A stretch of 64,000 nt of DNA, from the IMG/VR virus record IMGVR_UViG_3300021962_000021, positions 124,001-188,000 of that record. One strand, 5' to 3'. Shown here piece after piece: positions 9,179 through 19,400 of this stretch. A model generated the notes under the pieces. The model worked only from the letters and a program-made list of their open reading frames with translations. It was not told the origin of the DNA and made no database searches. Within the stretch, counting starts at the first letter, position 1; every line of letters starts with the position of its first letter. Made by a program: the position numbers and the translations under genes.

Positions 9179-9726
9179 TGTCTTGGAGTATATTTAAATC
9201 AACTTTATTACCTGCAATGCAATCCAATTCATTTGGCAACAATATGGCCGGATTTGCAAAAGCATTTACATTGGCATATGATACCGCAGTAAAAGCTGGT
9301 AGGGAAACAATTAGTCCAATTCCATTGATGCAAGGAAACCCAACGGCAATGGAAGCACAGATAGTTGCATTTTTATCTCAGACACAAATGTCAAATTCAT
9401 TAACGCTATTGGATGTTATAGGCCCCGCTGTGATAAGTTATTGGACGGGTGGTTTAATGATGCCAATCCCACCAATATTACCGCCGGCCGGAGCAATAAA
9501 AAGTATAGCATTAACACAGGGTATAGTTTTAAATCCAGGAGTATGGACACCAATACCTGTTCCACCAAATAATAACCCATCTACATTTTTAGATGCATTT
9601 GTTACATCTGCTAAGATACATTTAATGACAGTAAGTGGATTATATGTTGTTTTGGCACAATATCCACCACCTTCACCGCCTGCACCAGGAGTTTTACCTT
9701 GGAGTGGATATATTATACCAGATTAA
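9178..9726 (+). CDS. Hypothetical proline-rich virion-module protein
   Basis: Coupled to the spike-like gene; Pro-rich; no recognised motif. Confidence 0.65.
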   Translation: MSWSIFKSTLLPAMQSNSFGNNMAGFAKAFTLAYDTAVKAGRETISPIPLMQGNPTAMEAQIVAFLSQTQMSNSLTLLDVIGPAVISYWTGGLMMPIPPILPPAGAIKSIALTQGIVLNPGVWTPIPVPPNNNPSTFLDAFVTSAKIHLMTVSGLYVVLAQYPPPSPPAPGVLPWSGYIIPD

Positions 9727-9739
9727 ATTAAAACTTTCA

Positions 9740-9747
9740 ATATTTAT
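9740..9747 (+). promoter_or_regulatory. Putative late promoter ATATTTAT
   Basis: Intergenic, 14 nt before the ATG at 9762. Confidence 0.55.
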
Positions 9748-9761
9748 TAAAAACAATTATT

Positions 9762-10313
9762 ATGGATTCGAAATTATTAGTCGGATTAATCAAAGAAGTT
9801 GTAAAAAACGAAGTTAAACAGCAAGTTAAAGAAGAATTAGCTAAGTTGATTAAATCCGGTGCGGTTACATTGAACTCACAAAAGAAACAAACGGCTCCTA
9901 CATTAAAGGAAGCCATCAAATCGGTTGACCCGTTTACGGCAGCTACAGATGCTCTTAATAAAAGCAGACAGATTAATCAAAAACCCATTCAACAACCAAT
10001 GAAAGAATATACATCTAATGCGGCATTGAATGAGGTATTGAATATGACAACACCATTTACAGCTGCACAAAGAGCAGAAGGTGGTGCACCGGGAATGGTT
10101 GGTGGTAGTAGTGTATTAGACATGATGCAACCACAACAATATGAAGAAGATGGTTGGGATACGATGGATTACAGAGCACAACAAAGTATTCAGCAACAAA
10201 TACCATCAACTGGTAACGCTGGGTTGGATGCATTAACCAAAGCATTAAGTAGAGATTATAGTGATTTGGCAAAAGTGTTTTCAAAACAAGAAAAAGAAAA
10301 AGGATTAAGATAA
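9762..10313 (+). CDS. Hypothetical protein
   Basis: Helical N-terminus (LIKEVVKNEVKQQVKEEL); own promoter motif. Confidence 0.7.
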   Translation: MDSKLLVGLIKEVVKNEVKQQVKEELAKLIKSGAVTLNSQKKQTAPTLKEAIKSVDPFTAATDALNKSRQINQKPIQQPMKEYTSNAALNEVLNMTTPFTAAQRAEGGAPGMVGGSSVLDMMQPQQYEEDGWDTMDYRAQQSIQQQIPSTGNAGLDALTKALSRDYSDLAKVFSKQEKEKGLR

Positions 10314-10314
10314 A

Positions 10315-10752
10315 ATGGCTATAGAGCTTGGTAAAGTAAATGTAAATGACTTAAAAGTAAATGATTACAAAGTAATTGGTATTGGTATAGATAGAAGTTC
10401 CAACACCAATGGAATCTTTTCTGTCAATTTTTCAACAATTACACAAGCTAAAGATAATTTGAAAAATTTAATTATGACCAAAAAAGGAGAAAGAGTTATG
10501 TATCCTGATTTTGGTTGTGATGTATGGTCTCTACTATTTGAACCAATAATAACGGGTGAGATAGATGATAAAATAGAAGCATCTATAATTCGTGCGGTTA
10601 ATACTTGGATTCCATATATTAATATTGATGAAATCATATTTGATTATGATGATGAAGATATTGATAAACATCAAATTAATTTAGAAATTAAATTTTCATT
10701 GAAATCTAATGAAAATTTATCTGAAACAATAAATGTAAGTATAAAACAATAA
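10315..10752 (+). CDS. Baseplate wedge subunit, T4 gp25-like
   Basis: NLKNLIMTKKGERVMYPDFGC is the gp25/GPW signature. Confidence 0.88.
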   Translation: MAIELGKVNVNDLKVNDYKVIGIGIDRSSNTNGIFSVNFSTITQAKDNLKNLIMTKKGERVMYPDFGCDVWSLLFEPIITGEIDDKIEASIIRAVNTWIPYINIDEIIFDYDDEDIDKHQINLEIKFSLKSNENLSETINVSIKQ

Positions 10753-10755
10753 TAA

Positions 10756-12786
10756 ATGGCACTTAAACCAATAGATAAAAATTGGAAAAATAATAACAGA
10801 GATATAAACTATGTTGGAAAAGATTTTGCCTCATTTAGACAAAATTTAGTTGATTATTCTAAGACATATTTTCCAAATACATTTTCCGATTTTAGTGAAG
10901 CATCACCTGGTGGCGTATTCTTAGATATGGCTGCGTTTGTTGGAGATGTTTTATCTTTTTATCAAGATACTCAGTTAAAAGAATCTTTATTATTACACGC
11001 AACGGAGAGAAAGAATGTTATGGCATTGGCTCAATCAATGGGATATAAACCAAAATTGACTACACCTGCAGTAACAACATTGACCGTTTATCAAACCGTT
11101 CCATCAATGGGAGCACCTGGATACGGACCTAATTCTACTTATTATTTTAAAATAAAAGATGGATTACAGGTTCAATCAAGATCAAATCCAAACATTGTAT
11201 TTAGAACAATTGATAATATTGATTTTTCAAATCCAACGGATAGAGAAATAGATGTGGCTGGAAGAGATGAACAAACGGGTGAACCAAATTTATACTTAAT
11301 TACAAAAAAAGTAAAAGCAGTATCCGCAGAAGAACGTGAGATACAAATTGAAATAACCGATAATACGGAATATCCAACGATTACATTAAACGATACAAAT
11401 ATTATATCAATAAGTTCTATTGTGGATTCTCAAGGAAACAAATGGTATGAAGTTCCTTATTTAGCACAAGAAAGTATCTTCGTTGAACAACCAAACACAG
11501 GAGCAAATACCGAATTATCTCAATATGCCGATACTGTTCCTTATGTTTTAGAAGTGCAAAAAGTTCCAAGAAGATTTTCGGTTAGAGTTAATTCCGATAG
11601 CACTATTGATTTACAATTTGGTAGTGGTAATAATTCAGCCGGTTATGAGGATGAAATTCTTTTACCAAACACAAAAAATGTTGGTTTAGGTTTAGCAAAT
11701 TCTATAAAAAGAACAAATGAAGGTATTGACCCATCTAACTTTTTGAAAACAAATACATTTGGAATATCACCGTTTGGAAAAACACTTACTATAAAATATT
11801 TAGTTGGTGGTGGAGTTGAATCCAATGTTAATTCAGAAGATTTAACAACAATAAGTAGAATAGAATTTGAAGAAGATATTTTGAGTTTATCGACAGCAGA
11901 AGCTGCATTATATGAATCAAACAAAGATTCTATTGCAGTTGAAAATTTAGAACCAGCTGTTGGTGGTAGGGGTGCAGAATCCATTGAAGAAATTAGACAA
12001 AATGCAATAGCTATGTTTGGTTCTCAAAATAGAGCGGTAACCAAACAAGACTATATGGTTAGAGCATTATCAATGCCAGAAAGATATGGTAGCGTTGCTA
12101 AAGTTTATGTATCTGCAGATGGTGAAATTGATAATGGTTCACCTGCATCAATTCTTGCTAATCCAAAAAATTTACAAGAGTTTTCAAATTTAGTAGAAAC
12201 GCTTAAAGGATTGTCTAAAGAAGATACGCAAAAAGAATTGGTAAAATACTTATCTCAAAAAAAATCAAATGTAAATGAATTAAATAATCCATTTGCAATC
12301 AATATGTATGTTTTGGGTTATGATTCTGAAAAGAAATTAACAAATTTAAATGATGCCGTTAAGGAAAATCTTAAAACCTATTTAGGAGAATATAGAGTAT
12401 TAACGGATGGTGTTAATATAATAAATGGATTTGTTGTAAATATTGGAGTTGATTTTGAAATAATCGCATATTCAAATTATAATAAAAGAGAAGTTTTAGC
12501 TAATTGTTTAGCTGAGTTGCAGGATTATTTCAATATAGATAATTGGACATTTAATAAGCCAATTAATATTTCTGAAGTAGAACTATTACTTGCAAATGTA
12601 GAAGGGGTTATGAGTGTTCCATCTGTAAAAATTTATAACATATGTGGTGATGGTGGAGCAGGATATTCTCCAAATAAGTATAATATGGATGAGGCAACTA
12701 AAGGTAAAATAATTTATCCATCTTTAGACCCGTGTGTTTTCGAAGTAAAATTCCCTAACAAAGATATAAAAGGAAGAGCTTTATAA
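10756..12786 (+). CDS. Baseplate wedge subunit, T4 gp6/baseplate J-like
   Basis: KDFASFRQNL, DVLSFYQD, ALAQSMGYKP, AVGGRGAESIEEIR, QNRAVTKQDY. Confidence 0.88.
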   Translation: MALKPIDKNWKNNNRDINYVGKDFASFRQNLVDYSKTYFPNTFSDFSEASPGGVFLDMAAFVGDVLSFYQDTQLKESLLLHATERKNVMALAQSMGYKPKLTTPAVTTLTVYQTVPSMGAPGYGPNSTYYFKIKDGLQVQSRSNPNIVFRTIDNIDFSNPTDREIDVAGRDEQTGEPNLYLITKKVKAVSAEEREIQIEITDNTEYPTITLNDTNIISISSIVDSQGNKWYEVPYLAQESIFVEQPNTGANTELSQYADTVPYVLEVQKVPRRFSVRVNSDSTIDLQFGSGNNSAGYEDEILLPNTKNVGLGLANSIKRTNEGIDPSNFLKTNTFGISPFGKTLTIKYLVGGGVESNVNSEDLTTISRIEFEEDILSLSTAEAALYESNKDSIAVENLEPAVGGRGAESIEEIRQNAIAMFGSQNRAVTKQDYMVRALSMPERYGSVAKVYVSADGEIDNGSPASILANPKNLQEFSNLVETLKGLSKEDTQKELVKYLSQKKSNVNELNNPFAINMYVLGYDSEKKLTNLNDAVKENLKTYLGEYRVLTDGVNIINGFVVNIGVDFEIIAYSNYNKREVLANCLAELQDYFNIDNWTFNKPINISEVELLLANVEGVMSVPSVKIYNICGDGGAGYSPNKYNMDEATKGKIIYPSLDPCVFEVKFPNKDIKGRAL

Positions 12787-12787
12787 T

Positions 12788-13885
12788 ATGCATAAATTTT
12801 TCACATCATCATACGATGCCAGTATCTACCTACAACAACCTGACCAAAACGCAGGTAGAGATGAGATATTAGAGGTTGGTAAACTTTACTATGGTTCTAT
12901 TAAAGATATAGCCAGAGCATTAATAAAGTTTGATACAGGTTCCATAAAAACAGAAATAGAAACGATAGGAACGGGTAGTTGGAAAACATACTTAGTTCTT
13001 CGTTCTGCTAATTCTTCTGAAATACCTTTGGAATATACGATTTATGCAAACGCAGTTTCGCAAAGTTGGACTATGGGAACTGGAACAAAATTTGATAATA
13101 TAACAACCGATGGTATTAGTTGGAAATATAGAGATGGTGATAGAAAGTGGCAAGAAAATACAATAGCCGGAACTGCGAATTATATAGGAAGTGGTGCAAC
13201 CGGTTCAGCAAATGCAGAAGGTGGAACTTGGTATACCGCATCGGAAGCATCGCAATCATATAACTATCAACCCGATGATGTTAGAATGGATGTTACAAAT
13301 ATTATTCATTTGTGGATAAGTGGTTCATTACCAAATAATGGATTTATTTTACATCATAGTTTAACTAACGAATATGGTAATAGTTTGGATTATGGTGTTC
13401 TTAAATTCTTTTCAAAAGAAACAAATACAATATACGAACCAAAATTGGAATTAGTATGGAACGACCAAATATTTTCAACGGGTAGTTTGTCTCCTGTGAC
13501 TGGTTCAACTTCAACCGATGCATTAGAAAATTCAAAAGTAGTTGTAACAAATCTGCAAAAAGAATATTTCCAAAATACAAAAACAAAAGTAAGAGTTAAA
13601 GGTAGAGATTTATATCCGGCCAAAACATTTGGTTCAACATTTGAATATGACCAATCAAAATATTTACCTACTTCATCTTATTATCAAATCGAAGATTATA
13701 AAACAAGTGAAATTATTGTTCCATTTGGTGAATATTCAAAATTGAGTTGTGATTCTAAATCTAATTACTTTTATTTAGATACGGCATCATATCCTATAAA
13801 CAGAAGTTATAGATTAAAATTAAAAGTTGTAGTAGATGGTGTTTCAAAAATAATTGATGACAAATTAATATTTGATGTTATATAA
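12788..13885 (+). CDS. Virion structural protein (beta-sandwich, DNRLRE-like)
   Basis: DASIY...RALIKFD...FFSKETNTIYEPKLELVW pattern; inside the baseplate operon. Confidence 0.55.
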   Translation: MHKFFTSSYDASIYLQQPDQNAGRDEILEVGKLYYGSIKDIARALIKFDTGSIKTEIETIGTGSWKTYLVLRSANSSEIPLEYTIYANAVSQSWTMGTGTKFDNITTDGISWKYRDGDRKWQENTIAGTANYIGSGATGSANAEGGTWYTASEASQSYNYQPDDVRMDVTNIIHLWISGSLPNNGFILHHSLTNEYGNSLDYGVLKFFSKETNTIYEPKLELVWNDQIFSTGSLSPVTGSTSTDALENSKVVVTNLQKEYFQNTKTKVRVKGRDLYPAKTFGSTFEYDQSKYLPTSSYYQIEDYKTSEIIVPFGEYSKLSCDSKSNYFYLDTASYPINRSYRLKLKVVVDGVSKIIDDKLIFDVI

Positions 13886-15000
13886 TGACAAATTTAGAAG
13901 CTATAGCATTAAAATTGCAAGAAGAAAAGGATAAACGATTAGATGATATTCTAAAAGTATCAGGATCGGCTGCCATTTCTAAAACCGAATACAATGTTAA
14001 TATTGTAGATGATTCTAATCCCGCATCTTCATTGATATTTAAAAAATTGAACAAACCAAAATTAGATGAAGAAAGAATTGTAAAATCAATAGATGTAGAA
14101 TTAAAAGAATTAAAACCAAATATTCCAAAGCAAGTAAAAGATTTAGTTCCAAAACCATTATACGATGCCGTTGTTTTGGATAATGAAGATTTGAGATTAA
14201 AAGTTGAAAAACTTACTAATGATGTGGAAGAATTAAACGGAACTATAACTAATTTAAAATCACAAGTTCAAACTGAAATAAATAACAGATTAAATATTGA
14301 ACAAACCAATGATGCTTTGGCAAATCAATTAGATACGATTAATAAAACAATAGATGATTTTTCAAATCAGATTGCAACATCTTTACAAAAATCAGTTGAT
14401 GAATCTATATTGAGAGCAGCTTTACAATCACAAAATACAGGATTTAAAGCACAAATTAATGCATTAATAAAACAAATTGATTCATTAAACTCTATCATTG
14501 AAGGTTTACAATCTCAATTGGGTGCAGTTCAACAACAACAGGCAATTCAACAATCAACTGCAAATGTTGCATTGGCAAGTGGTGCAGATGTAGTTAATAG
14601 TGTAGTTGCCGTTAAAGTTACACCTAAAAAAGAAAAAGCCGAATATCCTGATTTTGATGCAAGAATAAATAATAAGGATAGTGCAACAAAGTGGATTTGT
14701 GGTAATACGATAGATATTACTAATAATGATACAAAAGAAGTTCAAATAGAAATAACAACCGAATTCGGAGAAGGACAAAAATGGATGAGTGTTCCAAAAA
14801 CCAATTTCAGTATTGCCGCAGGACAAAACGATAAATTAGCATTAACAATTACTCCTGGTGGTTGTAGATACGGAAAGAGAGATAAGAGTAAATATGTAGC
14901 TGGAACAATGAAAATTAAAGTAAAAAGAACATCCGATGGAAGTGAACAAACTAAAGAGTATAAAATGCAAATTGGTATAATGCACCCATCATCATATTAA
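13885..15000 (+). CDS. Coiled-coil plus Ig-like domain virion-module protein
   Basis: Long heptad region followed by a beta-rich C-terminal domain. Confidence 0.6.
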   Translation: MTNLEAIALKLQEEKDKRLDDILKVSGSAAISKTEYNVNIVDDSNPASSLIFKKLNKPKLDEERIVKSIDVELKELKPNIPKQVKDLVPKPLYDAVVLDNEDLRLKVEKLTNDVEELNGTITNLKSQVQTEINNRLNIEQTNDALANQLDTINKTIDDFSNQIATSLQKSVDESILRAALQSQNTGFKAQINALIKQIDSLNSIIEGLQSQLGAVQQQQAIQQSTANVALASGADVVNSVVAVKVTPKKEKAEYPDFDARINNKDSATKWICGNTIDITNNDTKEVQIEITTEFGEGQKWMSVPKTNFSIAAGQNDKLALTITPGGCRYGKRDKSKYVAGTMKIKVKRTSDGSEQTKEYKMQIGIMHPSSY

Positions 15001-15006
15001 TAAATT

Positions 15007-16386
15007 ATGAGTATAAAGAAATATACAAATTTTGAAGATGTAAATTTAAAAAACACAAACGAAGGACAGTTTTTACAGGCTGAAGATTTTTTTATTGTCA
15101 CAAAAAATGAAGTAGAAGAAAGTTATTTCAGCGAATGTAAATACGATGTTATGGAAGTTGCTGTTTATGATATCAATAACAATCTTTTACCACAAACATC
15201 TGGAAACAATGTTGCATATATAAAATCGCAAAATATTGCACAATATATGAACAATGTTACAAATAAACAAGGTCAAAAAGAATTGGTAATAAATGCAGAA
15301 AAATTATTAAATGATTTAGGATTTACAAATGGTATACTTAAATTAAACATAAATTTTGTTCGTAATAGAGTCGGAAGTGATAATGAATTGGAAAGAGTTT
15401 GGATACATGAAATTTCTCCTTCAAGAGAAGAAATTAGAATTTTACCTCTAAAAACAAAATTTGAGAATATAAACGAAAAAAATTATAAAGAATTTAATGA
15501 TATAAATAAATTAACAAAGGATTTCGTATTCTATAAAAAAGAAATATTAAATTCTTTGGATTTATATGAAACACAATATATCGAAAAGATAGATACAGCT
15601 TTAGAAACCAAATTTGGTAAAGATTTTTTTGCAATACTTAAAAAAGATTTTGGATTATCAAAATTTGCAGATTTGAGAACAAAAATATTTTCAGATTTTA
15701 AAACATCTGTAACATATTATTTAGAAAATAGATACTATACATTGGGAGATTCTACTTATGGTAAACCATCGGAAATTCGTTTTGAAAATTGTGAAAAGTA
15801 TGAATTTGAATTAATATTAAATGATATTGAAAGTATATTATCGCATTCTGTAAATTTCAACATGTCATTTCTTAAAAGAAGAACTGAAGTTAAAAAAACT
15901 GTTCAAAGAGAATTTGCAAAAGTTGATATAAATAAAAAAGTAACAGATACTGCAGATATATTCAACAATCCTGTTAAAAATATACAGGTAGTTTTTGATA
16001 GTGAAAAAATAATAGATATTCCACCACCAAAATTACCAATTATACCGAATGCGCCCGAAATGCCAATTAAAGAAATTCCTGTTAAGGAAGAACCAATTGA
16101 CTTAGGACCAAAAGAAATAATAGAACCCCCAATTAAAACACCGATTAAACCAATTGAACCAATAGAAATAATTGATATGCCACCACCTCAATTTGATATC
16201 ATACCAAAAGAGGATTTACCGCCGGCACCAAAAGAATATATAGAACCTATAAAAATTATAGAACAACCAAAAGAATATGGTGGTGGTGGATATAGTGGCG
16301 GGGGTGGAGCTGTGGAAGAATATGGTGATAAAATCGGAAGAAATATTATTGATTTTGATATGAATCAAAGAGAAAACTTAAGATAA
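15007..16386 (+). CDS. Hypothetical virion-module protein with Pro-rich C-terminal tail
   Basis: Globular N-terminus (IHEISPSREEIR), then P/I/E/K low-complexity tail and GGGG. Confidence 0.65.
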   Translation: MSIKKYTNFEDVNLKNTNEGQFLQAEDFFIVTKNEVEESYFSECKYDVMEVAVYDINNNLLPQTSGNNVAYIKSQNIAQYMNNVTNKQGQKELVINAEKLLNDLGFTNGILKLNINFVRNRVGSDNELERVWIHEISPSREEIRILPLKTKFENINEKNYKEFNDINKLTKDFVFYKKEILNSLDLYETQYIEKIDTALETKFGKDFFAILKKDFGLSKFADLRTKIFSDFKTSVTYYLENRYYTLGDSTYGKPSEIRFENCEKYEFELILNDIESILSHSVNFNMSFLKRRTEVKKTVQREFAKVDINKKVTDTADIFNNPVKNIQVVFDSEKIIDIPPPKLPIIPNAPEMPIKEIPVKEEPIDLGPKEIIEPPIKTPIKPIEPIEIIDMPPPQFDIIPKEDLPPAPKEYIEPIKIIEQPKEYGGGGYSGGGGAVEEYGDKIGRNIIDFDMNQRENLR

Positions 16387-16387
16387 A

Positions 16388-16396
16388 ATATTTATA
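16388..16396 (+). promoter_or_regulatory. Putative late promoter ATATTTATA
   Basis: Intergenic, 11 nt (from the 8-mer) before the ATG at 16407. Confidence 0.55.
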
Positions 16397-16406
16397 AAAA
16401 AAGTAG

Positions 16407-19400
16407 ATGGCAAGATATTATGACCCAAACGAATTAGGAGGAAACCAAATTGGTACACCATACGATGGTATTGGTGATTATAACCCGTTTGCCGGTCAAA
16501 ATTTGAGTGATTTAAATCAATTTGGCGGCGGCGGTGGTGGAACATATATCCCACCGGTTGAACCAAATCCAACATTCGTTCCACCCTCATATGTAGACCA
16601 AAATTCGGGTTCATTAAAAATAAATCTTACATCGGATGAACCAACTGAATTTTTGGAAAACGATATATTAGTTGGTCTGGGTTCATCGCAAACTGTAACA
16701 TACAATCCATCATTTACATTCACAGGCCCAAAGATATATAAAGCAAATATTGCAAACAAAATATCTAAAAATTATTATGAGATAAGTATTAAACGTGCTT
16801 TTCCTGGAATAAGAGATTTTAATAATCAAGATCAAAATATTATACCATTTGATGATATATCAAATACACCAAGAACATTGGTTGCAAATAACTTTGGATT
16901 TGATTCAAATATACCACAAATTGGAAGATTAAACTTCACAAACATACCACCGGATGATATATTAGGAGGAACACCAACAGCAAATGACTTATCATATAGA
17001 GAAGTTATAAAAATACAAGAATATATTTTAGATGAAACATCTAATCAATATACTTTAGGAAATTTATCCACACTACCAAGTCTAAATGGTGTTGTAAATT
17101 TAAACTTTTCTTTTAAACCAAAAACAACCGGCGGTGGTGGAACTGGAGATGGTGGTGGAGGAAACGGCGGTGGTGGAACTGGAGATGGTGGTGGAGATAA
17201 AACTATTGAATACAATGTAGAATTTATATCAAATTACACATCAGAATTAGGCGAATTTATAAAATTAAAATATGAAATAGTTTCTGCTGCAAATGATATT
17301 GTAGATTTTGGTGATTTAAAATTATCGGTTGGAAATATAGATACAAAAAGTGTAAAAGAATCTTTATTAACAAATGGAGAAGTAAATCTTAATATATTTG
17401 AATCATATGAAACTGCTAGATTAGTTTTAAATAATAATAATCTACCTGAAGGGTTTTCTTATTTAAAATTTTATTGGGCGCCAAAAGCAGTTGCTGCTGG
17501 TAATACCGATTATACGAAATGGAATGAAGTAAATAAATTCTTCAAAGTTACAGGAAAAGAATTTGCAAGTGGAATTGTAGTTGCTGCGTTATTTTCAAAA
17601 CAAGAAAGGGAGCAAATATTAAAACCAATAATTAATTTAGGTGATTTTACAAAAGAATATCAAGTAAAAGATTCCGATTCGGATAGAACAATACAAATTC
17701 CATTCTCATATACAAATATGGAATATGTAGATGTTTATATAACAGATACACCAATCAGAGTTCCGGCAATAAATCGTTTTGTAGAACTATCTTTTGCAAA
17801 AGATTTTTCAGGAGTTTATGGAAATAAAAAGATATATTTTGTACCAGTAAATAGATTTGGAATAGGTAATACGGTAGAAGAAGTTATTAGATTTACCGCT
17901 ATCAATGATTTTCCATCTATAACACAAATAACATTGGCAGAATCAATAGATGTACCTGTATTTTCTGATTTAAATGTTGAATTTGATGTTTCGTATAATA
18001 CCTTTGCGGCAACTTCCGTAGATATATTTGTTTTAAATAACGAAAAAAATAAAATTCCGTTATTATCATCTCAACCACCAAATGGAACTTTTACCGTAAA
18101 TTTAAAAACTATAATTGAAAAGTTTTTAGGTGGTAAAAAAATAGATTTGACTTTTGTATTTTTACCGATAAACAGAGGTGGTGAAAAAGAATTAATTGGT
18201 AATGAATATGAAATTACAACTTCTGTATTCTATCCTGAATTAGTTTTAGATGAATCAACAATAAAGACGGCAATTTTTAATATTATTTCCGATAGTCTTA
18301 AATTCAACGATTTAGGATTAGAAAGTAAATATTTAACCCATTTGGTTAATTTTGGAAATAACGAACAAATTATAGTTTCTTCTTGGGAAGAAGATGATTG
18401 GACATTATCGGAAAAAGTAGAAGATGAAATAGGTAATCTGGTTGTTAAAAATAAAGTAGATTCAATTCTTTTAAAATTATATTCACCACTACCTGCAAAC
18501 ATTGGAACAAATTCAACTCTTTGGATTACAAAATTAATGAGTAATCCGTTGATTGAAACGGTTGTATTGAATGAACAGGATGTTGTGAAATGTCCACCAA
18601 TAAAAGGACCTAATTTTAGTATAGAAGTAGATTTTGTTAGTGGAAAATCAACAGCATTTGAATCATTAGATAATTTAATACTAAGTGCATCGACATCATC
18701 ATCTGCCAATCTTATATCAACATATTTAAGTTCATCATTAATCAATACCGATGAATTAAATATAGAATATTATAGTGGTTCAAATTATTTAACAGGTTCA
18801 TTAGTTTGGGATAATTTTGTTCATTTTAGTTCTGCAAAAGAAAGAGTTGATAATTTTGTTTATAAAATTCAATTAATAGAAGCATACGAAACTTATATAG
18901 ACAATAGTTACAATGTAGGAAACTCAACAGCAGAACTTCAAGAAAGAGAAAGACAACTTTTAAAGAAAAATCAACTAATAAATAATTTTGATGGTTTTGA
19001 AAAATTCTTATATACATCATCATCGTTATATACAAATAGTGGAAGTAATTCTATAACATGGCCTTATGAAAATGGGGTTAGATTATTGAGTAACACCACA
19101 CAGGTTGCAACATGGTATGAAAATACGATAGAATTGGCAGATAATTATGATTCTGAAAACCAAAATTATTTAAAAAATAATATACCTGAATACATTTTGA
19201 ACAATACTGAGAATGATAATTTTTTATTATTCTTCTCAATGATTGGACATCACTTTGATAACATTTATTATTTTACCAAAGCTTTAGAAAAAAATAGAGG
19301 ACTTGGTTATAAATTAAAAGGTGGTATGCCTGATAAGTTGTTATTTGATACTTTGAAATCATTTGGTTGGGATGCTAAAAATCTTGCTGTTGATGAAAAT

